Assembly (NCBI GenBank): GCA_963792585.1
Contig: CAWBWI010000001.1
Location: forward strand, 224,001-288,000
Origin: Candidatus Eiseniibacteriota bacterium
GTDB lineage: Bacteria; Eisenbacteria; RBG-16-71-46; CAIMUX01; VGJL01
Length of the DNA stretch: 64,000 nucleotides
Reading direction: 5' to 3'
Shown piece by piece: positions 51,069 through 60,808 of the stretch. How positions within the stretch are numbered: the first letter of the stretch is position 1; the number at the start of each line of letters is the position of its first letter. The notes under the pieces were generated by a model. It saw nothing but the letters and a program-made list of their open reading frames with translations. It was not told where the DNA came from and did no database searches. A program made the translations under genes and the position numbers.

Positions 51069-51544
51069 CGGGTGGCTCCCTTCGCCAGCCCGAAGAACAA
51101 CATCCCGTTCCAGTGACTGCCTGTCACCGCCTTAGCCACCGCCGTCAGCGACCGGTAGACCGCGCCCTCGTACTCGAAGCCATCGTCCAGCACGGTGACC
51201 GAGATCGTGCGACCCCGGTACTCGCGGGTCAGAACGGCACCGGGCATGGGCAGGCGGTGGTCGTGCGTCGGTTTGAAGGTCCCGACCACGGTGCGCCCCA
51301 CGCCAGCCCTGGGGGCGACCAGGCGCAGGTCGGACTCGTTCGCCAGTTCCTCCGCCCGGCGCAGTGCCCGCTCGCTCAGCCCGCCGTACTCGTTCGCCTG
51401 GAGCCTCCACGCGATGCGCTTGCGTAGGAAGTCCTTGTGGCGGGAGGTCGTCGGCTCACCGAATGCCGCTGCATATGCCCCCCGTAGCTCCACGACGGTC
51501 AAGTCCCGAAGTGCCTCGATCTGCTTGGCGATGGATTCCTTCAT
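51065..51544 (-). CDS. DUF2924 domain protein
   Basis: [10 protein letters not shown]...[44 protein letters not shown]. Confidence 0.92.
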   Translation of the reverse strand: MKESIAKQIEALRDLTVVELRGAYAAAFGEPTTSRHKDFLRKRIAWRLQANEYGGLSERALRRAEELANESDLRLVAPRAGVGRTVVGTFKPTHDHRLPMPGAVLTREYRGRTISVTVLDDGFEYEGAVYRSLTAVAKAVTGSHWNGMLFFGLAKGATR

Positions 51545-51855
51545 CGTGCAGCCTCCTGGGGCGCGGATTCTCCGCCCGTTAACCCCTCGTTACACAAGGG
51601 CATCGGTCCGCCGGAACAGTCCAGAGGATTCTCGGTGAACGGGCGGGTCCTAAGGCGCTGGTAGCCTGCTGCCAGGATCGCGGCCGTCTCGGACAACCGT
51701 TGCTCGGGCGACATTTCCTCGGGGTCGTCAAGGAAGCTCGTGCATCGAGGTCTGCCACCACGACACGACACACCTGGACCACGCAGATTCTCCGCATGCG
51801 TCTCCGCCTGTGGCGGGGGACCCTCATCTTGTGTGCACGAGTCATCGCTAGCCAT
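51541..51855 (-). CDS. Small hypothetical protein (start uncertain, possibly 51714)
   Basis: PEEMSPEQRLSETAAILAAGYQRLR; stop overlaps the DUF2924 start. Confidence 0.5.
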   Translation of the reverse strand: MASDDSCTQDEGPPPQAETHAENLRGPGVSCRGGRPRCTSFLDDPEEMSPEQRLSETAAILAAGYQRLRTRPFTENPLDCSGGPMPLCNEGLTGGESAPQEAAR

Positions 51856-52058
51856 CTTGTATGTCCTCCAGAGGCGGTGCGCCGCCTACAGGAGGAACCT
51901 AGGTGACGAGAAAGAATCGATTCTTTTGTGGTAGGGGCGACCCGCGTGTTGGCCCCACGCGAGGGGGCGGCAGGGGGGACGGAGCGCCTCTCCAGTCGGT
52001 CGTCGTCGCCCTGGATCGGGGGAAGCAAAGGGCTATGTCGTTGGCCCAGACATCCAGA

Positions 52059-53378
52059 TTATCCCCAGAGCTTCGTGAGCGGGGGCAGCAATAGCTCCTT
52101 GCGCGTTGTCCTGAAGGTCGCCCGCATTTCGCTCAGAGACCGATATCTCCACTTCGGATGCTTGGCAACCCAGCGCTTGGCGACCTCTTCCCACGGGAAA
52201 GGCGCACCATCTTCCTCGATCTCTTCCCATGACTTTCCTACGAACTTGTCACGGTATTCCTCGACGAAGTCAAAGAGGCGGAGCCTTCGTTCCTCTACCA
52301 ACCTGAGTTGCCGGCTGCTGCTCATCCGTCGTGCGCTGTGGAAAGCGTTCAGCAGGGTCTCGTCCGTAATCCACGGCTCGAACTCCATGGTCACTATCAT
52401 CCGGCGATGATGGGGCGAGTGCAGGGCCGCGAAGTTCAGGTCAATGGGCAGTACCAAGGGGATTCTACCCTCAGTGAGAAAGAGAAAGGACTCCGTCTCC
52501 GTCCAGTGGTACGACGCAGCAATGTGTGACGCGACCCGCTGCATCTCCCCAAAGACGGAGCCCTCAATCACCCGCGCCGGCGACCACTGGAATACGTAAG
52601 ACGCGCGAAGACTCTTCGGAAGGTCATTGCGGCTGCGCACGGGGATTCTCACGGGCCTCCGCCGAGATCCTCCCACACTCCGGGCAGAGGAGAAGATGCC
52701 ATCAGGAGGCTGAGGCAGTTGGACGTACACGCCTCGCTCGGCGAATCCCGCTGCGAGTCGATTCAAATTCCTAAGGCGGCGCAAGTTGCCACCCCATTCA
52801 ACCCGGATCTCTGTTCCCTTTCCCCTCGGCCAAGCGACGTCCCCCTGGTTCCAGAAGTACGATGTGTGTTCCAGCAGGGGGACTCGATTCTTGACGAACC
52901 AATCGAGGGGAAAGTACCTCGGTGCGACTTGGAGCAAAAGGTGTTCGGCCTGATCGTGCGTGGGCACGTGACCACCGAACAGGGAGGTTCGCAGATCCTG
53001 GACTTCAGGCTCGCGAGATGCGAATCGGCCGAGTTCTCGTGAGAAGATCTTGGCCCGAAGCTTTTCAGGCGGAGTCAGCTTGGGCTGGTTCTTGGTGCCG
53101 CTCTTCTGGCCGACTCTCCGCCCCGGCATTGTCGTGCGAGCACTCCGTGCACGGCTGACGAGCATCCTGAATTGTGCCTTGCCTGAGTTCATCAAGTAGT
53201 CCCGGATTTCGCTATCCAACTCGTTCTCTTCGAGAGTCCTACTGTCACTCCTGGCGGCGCCAAGCTCGGCGACTAGCCGCCTTTCTACCGCCTCCCTGTT
53301 CGTGGGATAGCCGACTTCCATCCGATGCTCCTCCAGGATTGAAGTATCTGGATCCCGCATGCGGCCGTTCGATGACAC
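52059..53378 (-). CDS. Hypothetical protein divergent from alpA, possibly a regulator
   Basis: 439-aa ORF with a helical, basic C-terminus. Confidence 0.6.
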   Translation of the reverse strand: MSSNGRMRDPDTSILEEHRMEVGYPTNREAVERRLVAELGAARSDSRTLEENELDSEIRDYLMNSGKAQFRMLVSRARSARTTMPGRRVGQKSGTKNQPKLTPPEKLRAKIFSRELGRFASREPEVQDLRTSLFGGHVPTHDQAEHLLLQVAPRYFPLDWFVKNRVPLLEHTSYFWNQGDVAWPRGKGTEIRVEWGGNLRRLRNLNRLAAGFAERGVYVQLPQPPDGIFSSARSVGGSRRRPVRIPVRSRNDLPKSLRASYVFQWSPARVIEGSVFGEMQRVASHIAASYHWTETESFLFLTEGRIPLVLPIDLNFAALHSPHHRRMIVTMEFEPWITDETLLNAFHSARRMSSSRQLRLVEERRLRLFDFVEEYRDKFVGKSWEEIEEDGAPFPWEEVAKRWVAKHPKWRYRSLSEMRATFRTTRKELLLPPLTKLWG

Positions 53379-53562
53379 TGGAAACGACTATAGACCATGC
53401 ACCCGTCATTCGTCCGTCGGTTCCCTGTCGCCCGCCGCGGTCCGGAACGGGGTGCTCCGTGAACGGTGGTCCTTGACCGCCTGACACGAATGAATCGTTT
53501 CTTCCACGTCAGATAGGGTTCGCCATGTGGGGTCGAAGAACGCCCTGCATAGGAGAACGACC

Positions 53563-53799
53563 ATGACGACAGATCAACAGCTTCTAAGACCGGCCGATCT
53601 TGCTCCGCGATTGGGAGTATCCGTGAGCCGCGTCTACCAATTGATTTCCGCTGGCGTGTTGCCCCACGTGCGTGTCGCGGGCGCCATTCGAATCCCGCTG
53701 GTCGCGTGGGAACGGTGGCTCGCCAAGCAAGGAGATCGCGCGCTGCTGGCCGCCGAAGGCCGGCAAGGCCCGATGCAGGTGGAGGACAGCGAATCATGA
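53563..53799 (+). CDS. AlpA/excisionase-like HTH protein
   Basis: LLRPADLAPRLGVSVSRVYQLI..G.LP.VRV.G.IRIP; AGGAG RBS. Confidence 0.88.
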   Translation: MTTDQQLLRPADLAPRLGVSVSRVYQLISAGVLPHVRVAGAIRIPLVAWERWLAKQGDRALLAAEGRQGPMQVEDSES

Positions 53800-56700
53800 G
53801 TGTCCCCCGGGTCGTCGCGGATCCGAGTAGTCCGCGCGCGCGAAAGGGCAAGGGCAAGGGCAAGACGAAACGTCAACGGAAACGCCGGACTGCATCCGCA
53901 GCGGTTGCGGAAGGACGTGCGGACGCCGCAAACGATGTCCGGCCGGATGATGTTGCGGGAGCACAAGGCATCCCATCTGGGGACCAAGCGGTGAACCCTC
54001 CGGATGCACCGAATGCGGGCACAGCCGCGGACAGTGGAACTGCCCAGGAAGCAGTCAGCGCACAGGTCCTTCTGACCAATCACCAAAAGCTCATCGACGA
54101 TTCCGCGATCTCCCCCGAGGTAGCCGCAGAGCGAGGGTATCGATCGGTCACCTCGCGTGCCGAGCTTGGGCGGCTCGGCTTCGGAGACAAGCAGTGCCGT
54201 GTTCCAGCGCTGCTCCTGCCGATCTACGGCGTCAACGGAGAGATCGTCTTGTACCAGGCCAGGCCCGATATGCCTCGGGTCATGGATCGTGGGAAGGCCA
54301 TCAAGTACGAAACGCCACGTGGATCTCGGATGGTTCTTGATGTGCCGCCGAGGGTTCGCCCCATGCTCGCAGATCCAAAGCAACCGCTGTTCGTAACAGA
54401 GGGGATTCGGAAGGCCGATTCCGCGGCAAGCATCGGATTGGCCTGTGTTGCGCTGCTTGGAGTCTGGAACTGGCGGGGCACGAACGATGCGGGCGGAAAG
54501 GTGGCCCTGCCGGACTGGGAGTCGATAGCGCTCAATGATCGGGATGTGTACATCGTGTTCGACTCGGATGCGGTGACAAAACCAGAGGTCCAGTCGGCGC
54601 TCCGTCGCTTTGCACGATTTCTGATGAATCGCCAAGCCAAGGTCAAGATCGTGAGTCTGCCGTCTGAGCCAAACGGGACAAAGGTTGGCCTCGATGATTA
54701 CCTCGCTGCCGGCCATGGGATCGACGACCTCGTGCAGCACGCGAAGCTGGAACCCATCGGCAAGGAGACACGGGAAGATGCGGATTCTCTCTACGAGGAG
54801 TCCGAAGGCGGCCTGGTGTGGAACCGAATGACGTCAAATGGGCCGGTCTCCGTCAGGCTGACGAACTTCACGGCCAAGATTCTTGCGGATATCGGGCGAG
54901 ACGACGGGGTGGAGACGACTCGCATGTTTGAGGTTGAGGCGCGTCGTGGACCCCGAGTAACTCGATTCAGCGTGCCCGCCAGCCGCTTCTCGGCGATGAA
55001 CTGGCCAACGGAGCATCTGGGGGCAGAGGCTGTGATTTTCCCCGGCCAGAGTCTGCGAGACCACACCCGAGTCGCGATCCAGATCCTTTCGGGAGATGTC
55101 CCTCGGCGCACGGTCTTCACACACACCGGTTGGCGGACCGTTGACGATCGGCTCGTCTACCTCCACGGTGGAGGGGCAATTGGGCAAAATGGGCAAGTCC
55201 CTGGGGTAGAGGTCGAGCTTCCGGCATCGCTGCGGGGGATGGTCCTGCCTGACTCACCGGTTGGAGAAGGGCTCAAGGCGGCAGTGGTTGCTTCGTTGGA
55301 TCTCCTGCAGCTTGCTCCTGATCGCATATCCGTTCCCCTCATGGCGGCGACCTACCGAAGCGTTCTAGGCGGGACCGATTCGTCGCTCCATCTTTCCGGA
55401 CCGACGGGGGCCGGGAAGTCGGAGTTCGCTGCGCGGTGCATGCAGCACTTCGGGGCCGGGTTCAACCGAACGACCTTGCCGGGCTCATGGTCGTCGACGG
55501 GGAACTCCCTTGAAGTGTTGGCCTTCCTCGCGAAGGACGCGCTCTTGGTCGTTGACGACTTTTGCCCGACCGGCTCATCGACAGACGTCCAACGGACGCA
55601 CCGGGAAGCGGACCGCCTGCTCCGCGCCCAAGGCAACAACTCTGGCCGAGGTCGGCTCTCCTCGGACGGGACCCTCCGGGGCTCGCGGCCACCCCGAGGG
55701 ACGATAATCAGTACCGGGGAGGATGTTCCTCGGGGGCAGTCCCTGCGAGCACGCATGCTAATGATCGGAGTCGGTCCCAACGACATCGACTTCGATGTGC
55801 TGACGGGGGCGCAGAAGGCCGGCGAGAAAGGCATCTATGCTGCTGCGATGGCTGGCTACCTGAAGTGGCTAGCACCACGCTACGAGGCGATCCGGCGGTC
55901 CATGCCGGATGAGATCAATGCGATCCGTGCCGCAGCCTCCGTGAACGGCCAGCATCGCCGTGTGCCGAGTATTGTCGCCGACCTGTATTTCGGATTTCGC
56001 ACATTTGTGACGTTCGCTGTGGAAGTCGGCGCAATCTCAACCACGGTGGAGGATGCGCTTCTTGATCGGGCCTGGACTGCGTTTCTCGAAGTCGCACACG
56101 AACAGGCCGAGCACCAAGCCTCCGCAGAACCAACTGCCCGGTTCCTTGAGCTACTCCGGTCAGCGCTGGCAGCGGGCGCCGCCCACGTGGCGAGCTTCGA
56201 CGGTGCAGCGCCAGAGGATCCAGGGGCATGGGGCTGGCGGGAGCGCACCGTTGGCGCGGGGGCCAACGAGCGAGCAGAGTGGCACGCCCAAGGTCGGCGA
56301 GTCGGCTGGATCGACGATGTGGGTGTCTACCTCGACCGCGACTCCGCGTACCAGGCATGTCAAGCCGCGGCCGGTGGGGGAGAGGGATTGCCGATCTCGA
56401 TGGCTACCCTTACCAAGCGACTCCATGAACGAGGGCTGCTCGCGTCGACAGACGGGACACGGAAATCGCTCCTCGTCCGCCGCGTCATTGAGAATTCTCG
56501 GAGGAACGTCCTCCACATCGCCCGAGAGGCTGTCTACCCCTCTCACGAGTTGCCCAACTTGCCCACGACGATGGAAGCCCCCGCAAATGCTGAAGATGCG
56601 ACGGGCAACTCGTGTGGCGAGGGTCGCCCACCCGCCCACGGACTTGCCCAGGAACTTGCCCACGCTCGGCCCGCCGTGGGCAACTCGGTGGGCAATGGGG

Positions 56701-56924
56701 CAAATGGGGGCTCACGACTTGCCCAGAGCAACTGCCTGCCGAATCAGGAGTTGGAACCGGCTGGGCAAATTGGGCAAGAGGCACAACGGGGGGACGCGCC
56801 CGCTGAGAGTGGTGGGGGCAGGTCCGGATTGTCTTCAAAGGAATGCGTGAATCGAGATCTCGGATTGGAAGGGGGCAAAGCGCCAGCGCAGAGGTGGAAA
56901 GGCCAGGATGAACACTTCGACTAG
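53796..56924 (+). CDS. Primase-helicase: DUF3854 Toprim-like domain plus P-loop (DUF927-like) helicase
   Basis: KYETP, FVTEG.RKA, GVWNW, FDSD, KVGLDDYL; Walker A GPTGAGKS, Walker B LVVDDF, STGE; ATGA overlap with alpA. Confidence 0.87.
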   Translation: MSVPRVVADPSSPRARKGKGKGKTKRQRKRRTASAAVAEGRADAANDVRPDDVAGAQGIPSGDQAVNPPDAPNAGTAADSGTAQEAVSAQVLLTNHQKLIDDSAISPEVAAERGYRSVTSRAELGRLGFGDKQCRVPALLLPIYGVNGEIVLYQARPDMPRVMDRGKAIKYETPRGSRMVLDVPPRVRPMLADPKQPLFVTEGIRKADSAASIGLACVALLGVWNWRGTNDAGGKVALPDWESIALNDRDVYIVFDSDAVTKPEVQSALRRFARFLMNRQAKVKIVSLPSEPNGTKVGLDDYLAAGHGIDDLVQHAKLEPIGKETREDADSLYEESEGGLVWNRMTSNGPVSVRLTNFTAKILADIGRDDGVETTRMFEVEARRGPRVTRFSVPASRFSAMNWPTEHLGAEAVIFPGQSLRDHTRVAIQILSGDVPRRTVFTHTGWRTVDDRLVYLHGGGAIGQNGQVPGVEVELPASLRGMVLPDSPVGEGLKAAVVASLDLLQLAPDRISVPLMAATYRSVLGGTDSSLHLSGPTGAGKSEFAARCMQHFGAGFNRTTLPGSWSSTGNSLEVLAFLAKDALLVVDDFCPTGSSTDVQRTHREADRLLRAQGNNSGRGRLSSDGTLRGSRPPRGTIISTGEDVPRGQSLRARMLMIGVGPNDIDFDVLTGAQKAGEKGIYAAAMAGYLKWLAPRYEAIRRSMPDEINAIRAAASVNGQHRRVPSIVADLYFGFRTFVTFAVEVGAISTTVEDALLDRAWTAFLEVAHEQAEHQASAEPTARFLELLRSALAAGAAHVASFDGAAPEDPGAWGWRERTVGAGANERAEWHAQGRRVGWIDDVGVYLDRDSAYQACQAAAGGGEGLPISMATLTKRLHERGLLASTDGTRKSLLVRRVIENSRRNVLHIAREAVYPSHELPNLPTTMEAPANAEDATGNSCGEGRPPAHGLAQELAHARPAVGNSVGNGANGGSRLAQSNCLPNQELEPAGQIGQEAQRGDAPAESGGGRSGLSSKECVNRDLGLEGGKAPAQRWKGQDEHFD
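56550..56777. repeat. Iteron array, putative replication origin: 9 exact TTGCCCA/TGGGCAA copies
   Basis: Forward at 56550, 56559, 56644, 56656, 56719; reverse at 56677, 56689, 56762, 56771. Confidence 0.75.
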
Positions 56925-57039
56925 GGACAATCCGATCTCGGCCGGCCGGACGTGTGCGGCGATGGCTGAGGCTGCGGTGGGACACGCGACAACCCCAGGC
57001 GATCGCTCGCCGGGGCTGTCCGTGCCTTCGTGGCGTGAT

Positions 57040-57462
57040 CTACTTCCGGCTAGCCTGCACCCCGTCGACGATCTCCTGGATGGCCTTCATGTCCCCACGG
57101 GCTCCCGCGAGGACGATGGCCTTCACGAACTTCGATGCCTTGGCGGACCCGGTGGCCTCGTGCAGCTCCAGGCGTTCAGACCTCAACAAGCGGAATGCGA
57201 ATACAACCGTGTCCTGCGAGTCGTCCGGCTGCGTCGGGGCGGCGCTGGTCGTCGCGCGCTTGGTCGGCTTGGCAGGGGCCTTCGCAGTCTCGGGCGTCGC
57301 TTCGTCGCCGACGATCACCGCCGTGGGCTTCTCCTTCGGCGCTCCGGTCACCGGCGTCGGTCTGGGCTTGGCGATGGTGTGGATCCGACCGCCCTGCGGT
57401 TCCTCGTGGCTCTGGCCACCCTTCTTCTTGTCGGCGGCCTTCTCAGTCTTCTTCGTGCTCAT
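57040..57462 (-). CDS. Hypothetical protein, disordered N-terminus, possible ribbon-helix-helix-like C-terminus
   Basis: AGGAG RBS; VVFAFRL..SER..LH. Confidence 0.7.
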   Translation of the reverse strand: MSTKKTEKAADKKKGGQSHEEPQGGRIHTIAKPRPTPVTGAPKEKPTAVIVGDEATPETAKAPAKPTKRATTSAAPTQPDDSQDTVVFAFRLLRSERLELHEATGSAKASKFVKAIVLAGARGDMKAIQEIVDGVQASRK

Positions 57463-57498
57463 GGCGTCTCCTTCTGGCCCGGGTCTCTGCCCGGCCGG

Positions 57499-57867
57499 TT
57501 AGGGGTTCAGGGAACAGATCAACGCATCGACGGGCCCCGCGTAGGGGTCGTCCTTCCTCTTGCATGTGGTCTGGAGCACCCTCTTCAAGGCAGTGAACTT
57601 CGCGGCGTGCTCGGCGACGTCCCGGATCAAGCTCGTGCTCATGATCGTGTCGTAGACGCTCGGCATCCCGTGGGTCTCGTTCTTTCGGACCTCGTCGGCG
57701 AGGTTCCTGGCGAGCCACTCGAGCTTCTCGGTGTAGGCCTCGTACTGCGCGATCGCATCGGCCAGGACCCACGTGCGTGCGTCGTCGCGGGCCTCGGGAT
57801 GGGTGCGCAGCAGCTCACTGACCTGCTCGCGGGTGATCACGACCTTCTGAATCGTCGTCTCGTTCAT
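57499..57867 (-). CDS. Hypothetical protein
   Basis: GAGGAGG RBS; member of a small-gene operon. Confidence 0.7.
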   Translation of the reverse strand: MNETTIQKVVITREQVSELLRTHPEARDDARTWVLADAIAQYEAYTEKLEWLARNLADEVRKNETHGMPSVYDTIMSTSLIRDVAEHAAKFTALKRVLQTTCKRKDDPYAGPVDALICSLNP

Positions 57868-57879
57868 CGTCGCCCTCCT

Positions 57880-58110
57880 CTACAGCCCGTACGACGCGGC
57901 CACGCGGGCCACGACCTCGGGTTTGCATCCACGGATCTCTTCGACGGCGTCCATCGTGAGGCGTGTGAACCGCCGGCGATCCAGCCCGTCCAGCGTCCCC
58001 ACGTAGACACGCATGAACGCTTCGATGTGGCGGGGCTCGATTCCGGTGATCCCCTTGCGATCAAGGATCCCGCGGATCGTCTCTTGGTAGGTTGGGATGG
58101 GATTCATCAT
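57880..58110 (-). CDS. Hypothetical protein
   Basis: GGAGGAG RBS; PRHIEAFMR...GTLDGL. Confidence 0.7.
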   Translation of the reverse strand: MMNPIPTYQETIRGILDRKGITGIEPRHIEAFMRVYVGTLDGLDRRRFTRLTMDAVEEIRGCKPEVVARVAASYGL

Positions 58111-58119
58111 CTCCTCCGG

Positions 58120-58353
58120 TTACCGACTCTGGTTCGAGAGGAACGTGATCGTGGCCGCGAGCCCACCCTCGCCGTTGTCGCAGGTGATCAACTCATCGAT
58201 CGCGACGGCGTAGCGAAGGAAGTCGCCCTTACCCTGCGCCCAGGTCGAGGCGTCTGCGGCCTCCCTCAAGAGCGCGGCGGCCTTCACCAGCATCATGGAT
58301 GCCCGGTAGGCCTTGCGGATCGCCCTCGGGTCGGTGGTGGCGTTCTGGTTCAT
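58120..58353 (-). CDS. Hypothetical protein
   Basis: AGGAG..GAGG RBS then ATG at 58353. Confidence 0.65.
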   Translation of the reverse strand: MNQNATTDPRAIRKAYRASMMLVKAAALLREAADASTWAQGKGDFLRYAVAIDELITCDNGEGGLAATITFLSNQSR

Positions 58354-58453
58354 CCTCGTTCTCCTGTTCACGGGTGCGTGATCGCCCCCGCAATGCAATA
58401 CACGCGCTGCTTGCGCGGGAACATCCAGCGGAAGTTGCAGAGAAAGGTGGGGA

Positions 58454-59553
58454 ATGCTGATGGCACGCACGAGGTCGCGCAAGCTGGCGCTGTGGTCCGC
58501 GCTTCCTCCGTACCTGGGTGGGAAACGTCGCCTGTGCTCCGCTGATCTTCCGCGAGGTGGACCGGATCCTGCCAAGGGCGCGATGGCGTGGCATGACGTT
58601 CCTGGACGGGTTCCTGGGCGGTGGGTCCGTCTCCCTCTACGCGAAGGCCCAGGGCTTCCGCGTGATAGCCACAGATATCGCCGAGCGATCGATCGTAGTC
58701 GGGCAGGCCCTGATCGAGAACAGCCGCGTGCGCCTGACGCGCGAGGATGTGCTCCGAATCGCAGCACCTAGTGACGACCCGCCTGGCCGGATCGAACGGG
58801 ATTACGCACCCAACACGTTCACGGGCGCACAGGCGCGTCTTCTCGACCGGGCCCTAGCCTTGGCCGCAGAGACACCCGATCCCGCCAAGGCGGCGCTCTT
58901 CCGCCTCCTCGCGATCCGCGTGGCGCTGCTCGCGCATCCGATGTCGCAGGTTCGCGCCGGCACGATCCACCGCCTGTCGACGGGGGAGTACGAGTCGATC
59001 ACCGAGTCGTGCCTCTACCACTACGTGGATGGGATGCGTCTCACGCGGCCTGAGAAGCTCTGGGAGCTTGCGTGGCAGATCAACGCGGGAGTCTTCGAGG
59101 GCAAGGCCACCGTGATCAAGGCGAGCGTGCTTGATCGACTGCCCGAGATCGAGGCCGACGTCGCGTACTTCGATCCGCCGTACCCGGGCGTCATGTCCTA
59201 CGAGAAGGAATACAAGGTCATCGACGAGATCCTGGAAGGGCAGTCGCGGCCCACGAGCCCGTTCACCGCCCGGGATGGAGCCGAGATGCTGGACACCCTC
59301 TTCGAGCGCGCGCAGCACATCCCGGTGTGGCTGCTCTCGCTGGGCAACGCGGTGGTGGGGATCGACGACCTGGAAGCCAAGATGACCCGCTTCGGTCGGC
59401 AGACCCGAGCGATCGAGATCAAGTACAAGCACCTGCCTGCAGTCGCGACGGCGGAGAAGAACCGAGACGAACCGGGAGTTCCTGGTCGTGGGGTGGGACG
59501 CGCGAACGGTCTGTCGAATCACGATGCCGCGAGTTCTGAGGCGGCGGCGATAG
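58454..59553 (+). CDS. DNA adenine methyltransferase, Dam/D12-like; frameshifts near 58537 and 59465
   Basis: PYLGGKRRL, DGFLGGGSVS, YFDPPY; C-terminal NREFLVV in the shifted frame. Confidence 0.87.
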
Positions 59554-59565
59554 GAGGGACGACGC

Positions 59566-60263
59566 ATGAATGACGAGACGAGGACCCTGCCCGCGAGAGA
59601 AGCAGCATCGGCGCCTGCATGATGCCGCTCGATGATCTGATCCCGCATCCGTTGAACGCGAATGTGATGTCCGAGGATCTGCGTGAGAAGCTTCGCGTCA
59701 ACATCCAGCGCACAGGGCGGTACCCGTTCATCGTCGTTCGGCCGCATCCCAAGGAGCCGGGGAAGTTCGAGATCCTGGATGGGCACCACCGGGTCTCGGT
59801 GCTGCGGGACCTCGGACATACGGAAGCGCGCTGCGACGTCTGGGATCTATCGGACCGGGAGGCGAAGTTGCTCCTCGCCACGCTGAACCGCCTCGAGGGC
59901 CAGGACCAGCCCATCCGCCGTGCGCAGTTGCTCCACGAACTCCTCGGTGAGATGAGCCTCGATGACCTGGCTGGCCTCCTGCCCGAGACCGATCGCCAGC
60001 TCGAGGAACTGCACGCGCTCCTGGAGTTCCCAGCAGAGGAGATCGCGGCCCTCCTCGATGAGGCAGCCGAGCAGGAGGAGAAGGTGCTGCCTCGCGTCAT
60101 GTCCTTCGTCGTCACTCCCGAGCAGGAGGAGTTGATCGAGCAGGCGGTGGAACTGGCAAGCGACGGTACCGCCGGTCGCGACCGCAAGGCTCGCGGTCTC
60201 GCCAACCTCGCCCAGCACTACATGGAGGATCGAGATGAGACGATCGCTCGCCAAGACGCGTGA
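59566..60263 (+). CDS. ParB/Srx N-terminal domain protein; frameshift before 59619
   Basis: LDDLIPHPLNAN.M, PFIVVR, EILDGHHR, LNRLEG; GGAGGG RBS before ATG 59566. Confidence 0.85.
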
Positions 60264-60808
60264 GGAGGCTCGCCGGCTCTATCTGACGAGCGAGCTGCAG
60301 ACCAACGCCGAGATCGCCAAGCGCCTGGGGGTGAAGCCCCATACCGTGGGCCGCTGGCGAAGCGATGAGGACTGGGATTCCCTGCGCTTGAAGATCGATC
60401 ACAACGCCTCCGAGATGTTCGCCGAGAAGATCGCCACGGATCGGGTCACGCTGAACGTCCGTCACTACCGGATGTGGGAGCTGCTCGTCGCGAAGCTGGC
60501 GGATGAGTTGAAGGCCAAGCAGGGGATCCCCATCCGGGAGCTGGAGACGGATCTCAGGCATCCTCGACCGAGCACAGAAGGGTCAGCGCCTGGCCAAGGG
60601 GCTCTCGATCAACGGGGAGACAGAGGAAGCCATCCGGGCGCAGCTGGAGTCGGAGAAGCGCCATCTGATCGACGTGTTCATTGATGTGATCAAGGAGAAC
60701 GTGGATGACGAGGAATCTCGGGAGCGCATTCGGCAGGCGATCCTCCGAGCCCTACCTGCGGAGGAGGACGCGGGAGCTGGCGAGCCCGACCCGGCGCTCG
60801 TTCACTGA
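60235..60808 (+). CDS. Putative terminase small subunit (N-terminal HTH); frameshift near 60550
   Basis: REEARRLYL....EIAKRLGV...TV.RW...EDW; directly upstream of TerL. Confidence 0.7.

Noticed and set aside
10390..58545. Long alternative-frame or antisense ORFs (e.g. 10390..12813, 17078..18550, 19998..21602, 36678..38591, 56908..58545)
   Set aside because: Arg/Pro/Gly-rich shadows of real genes, as expected in high-GC DNA.
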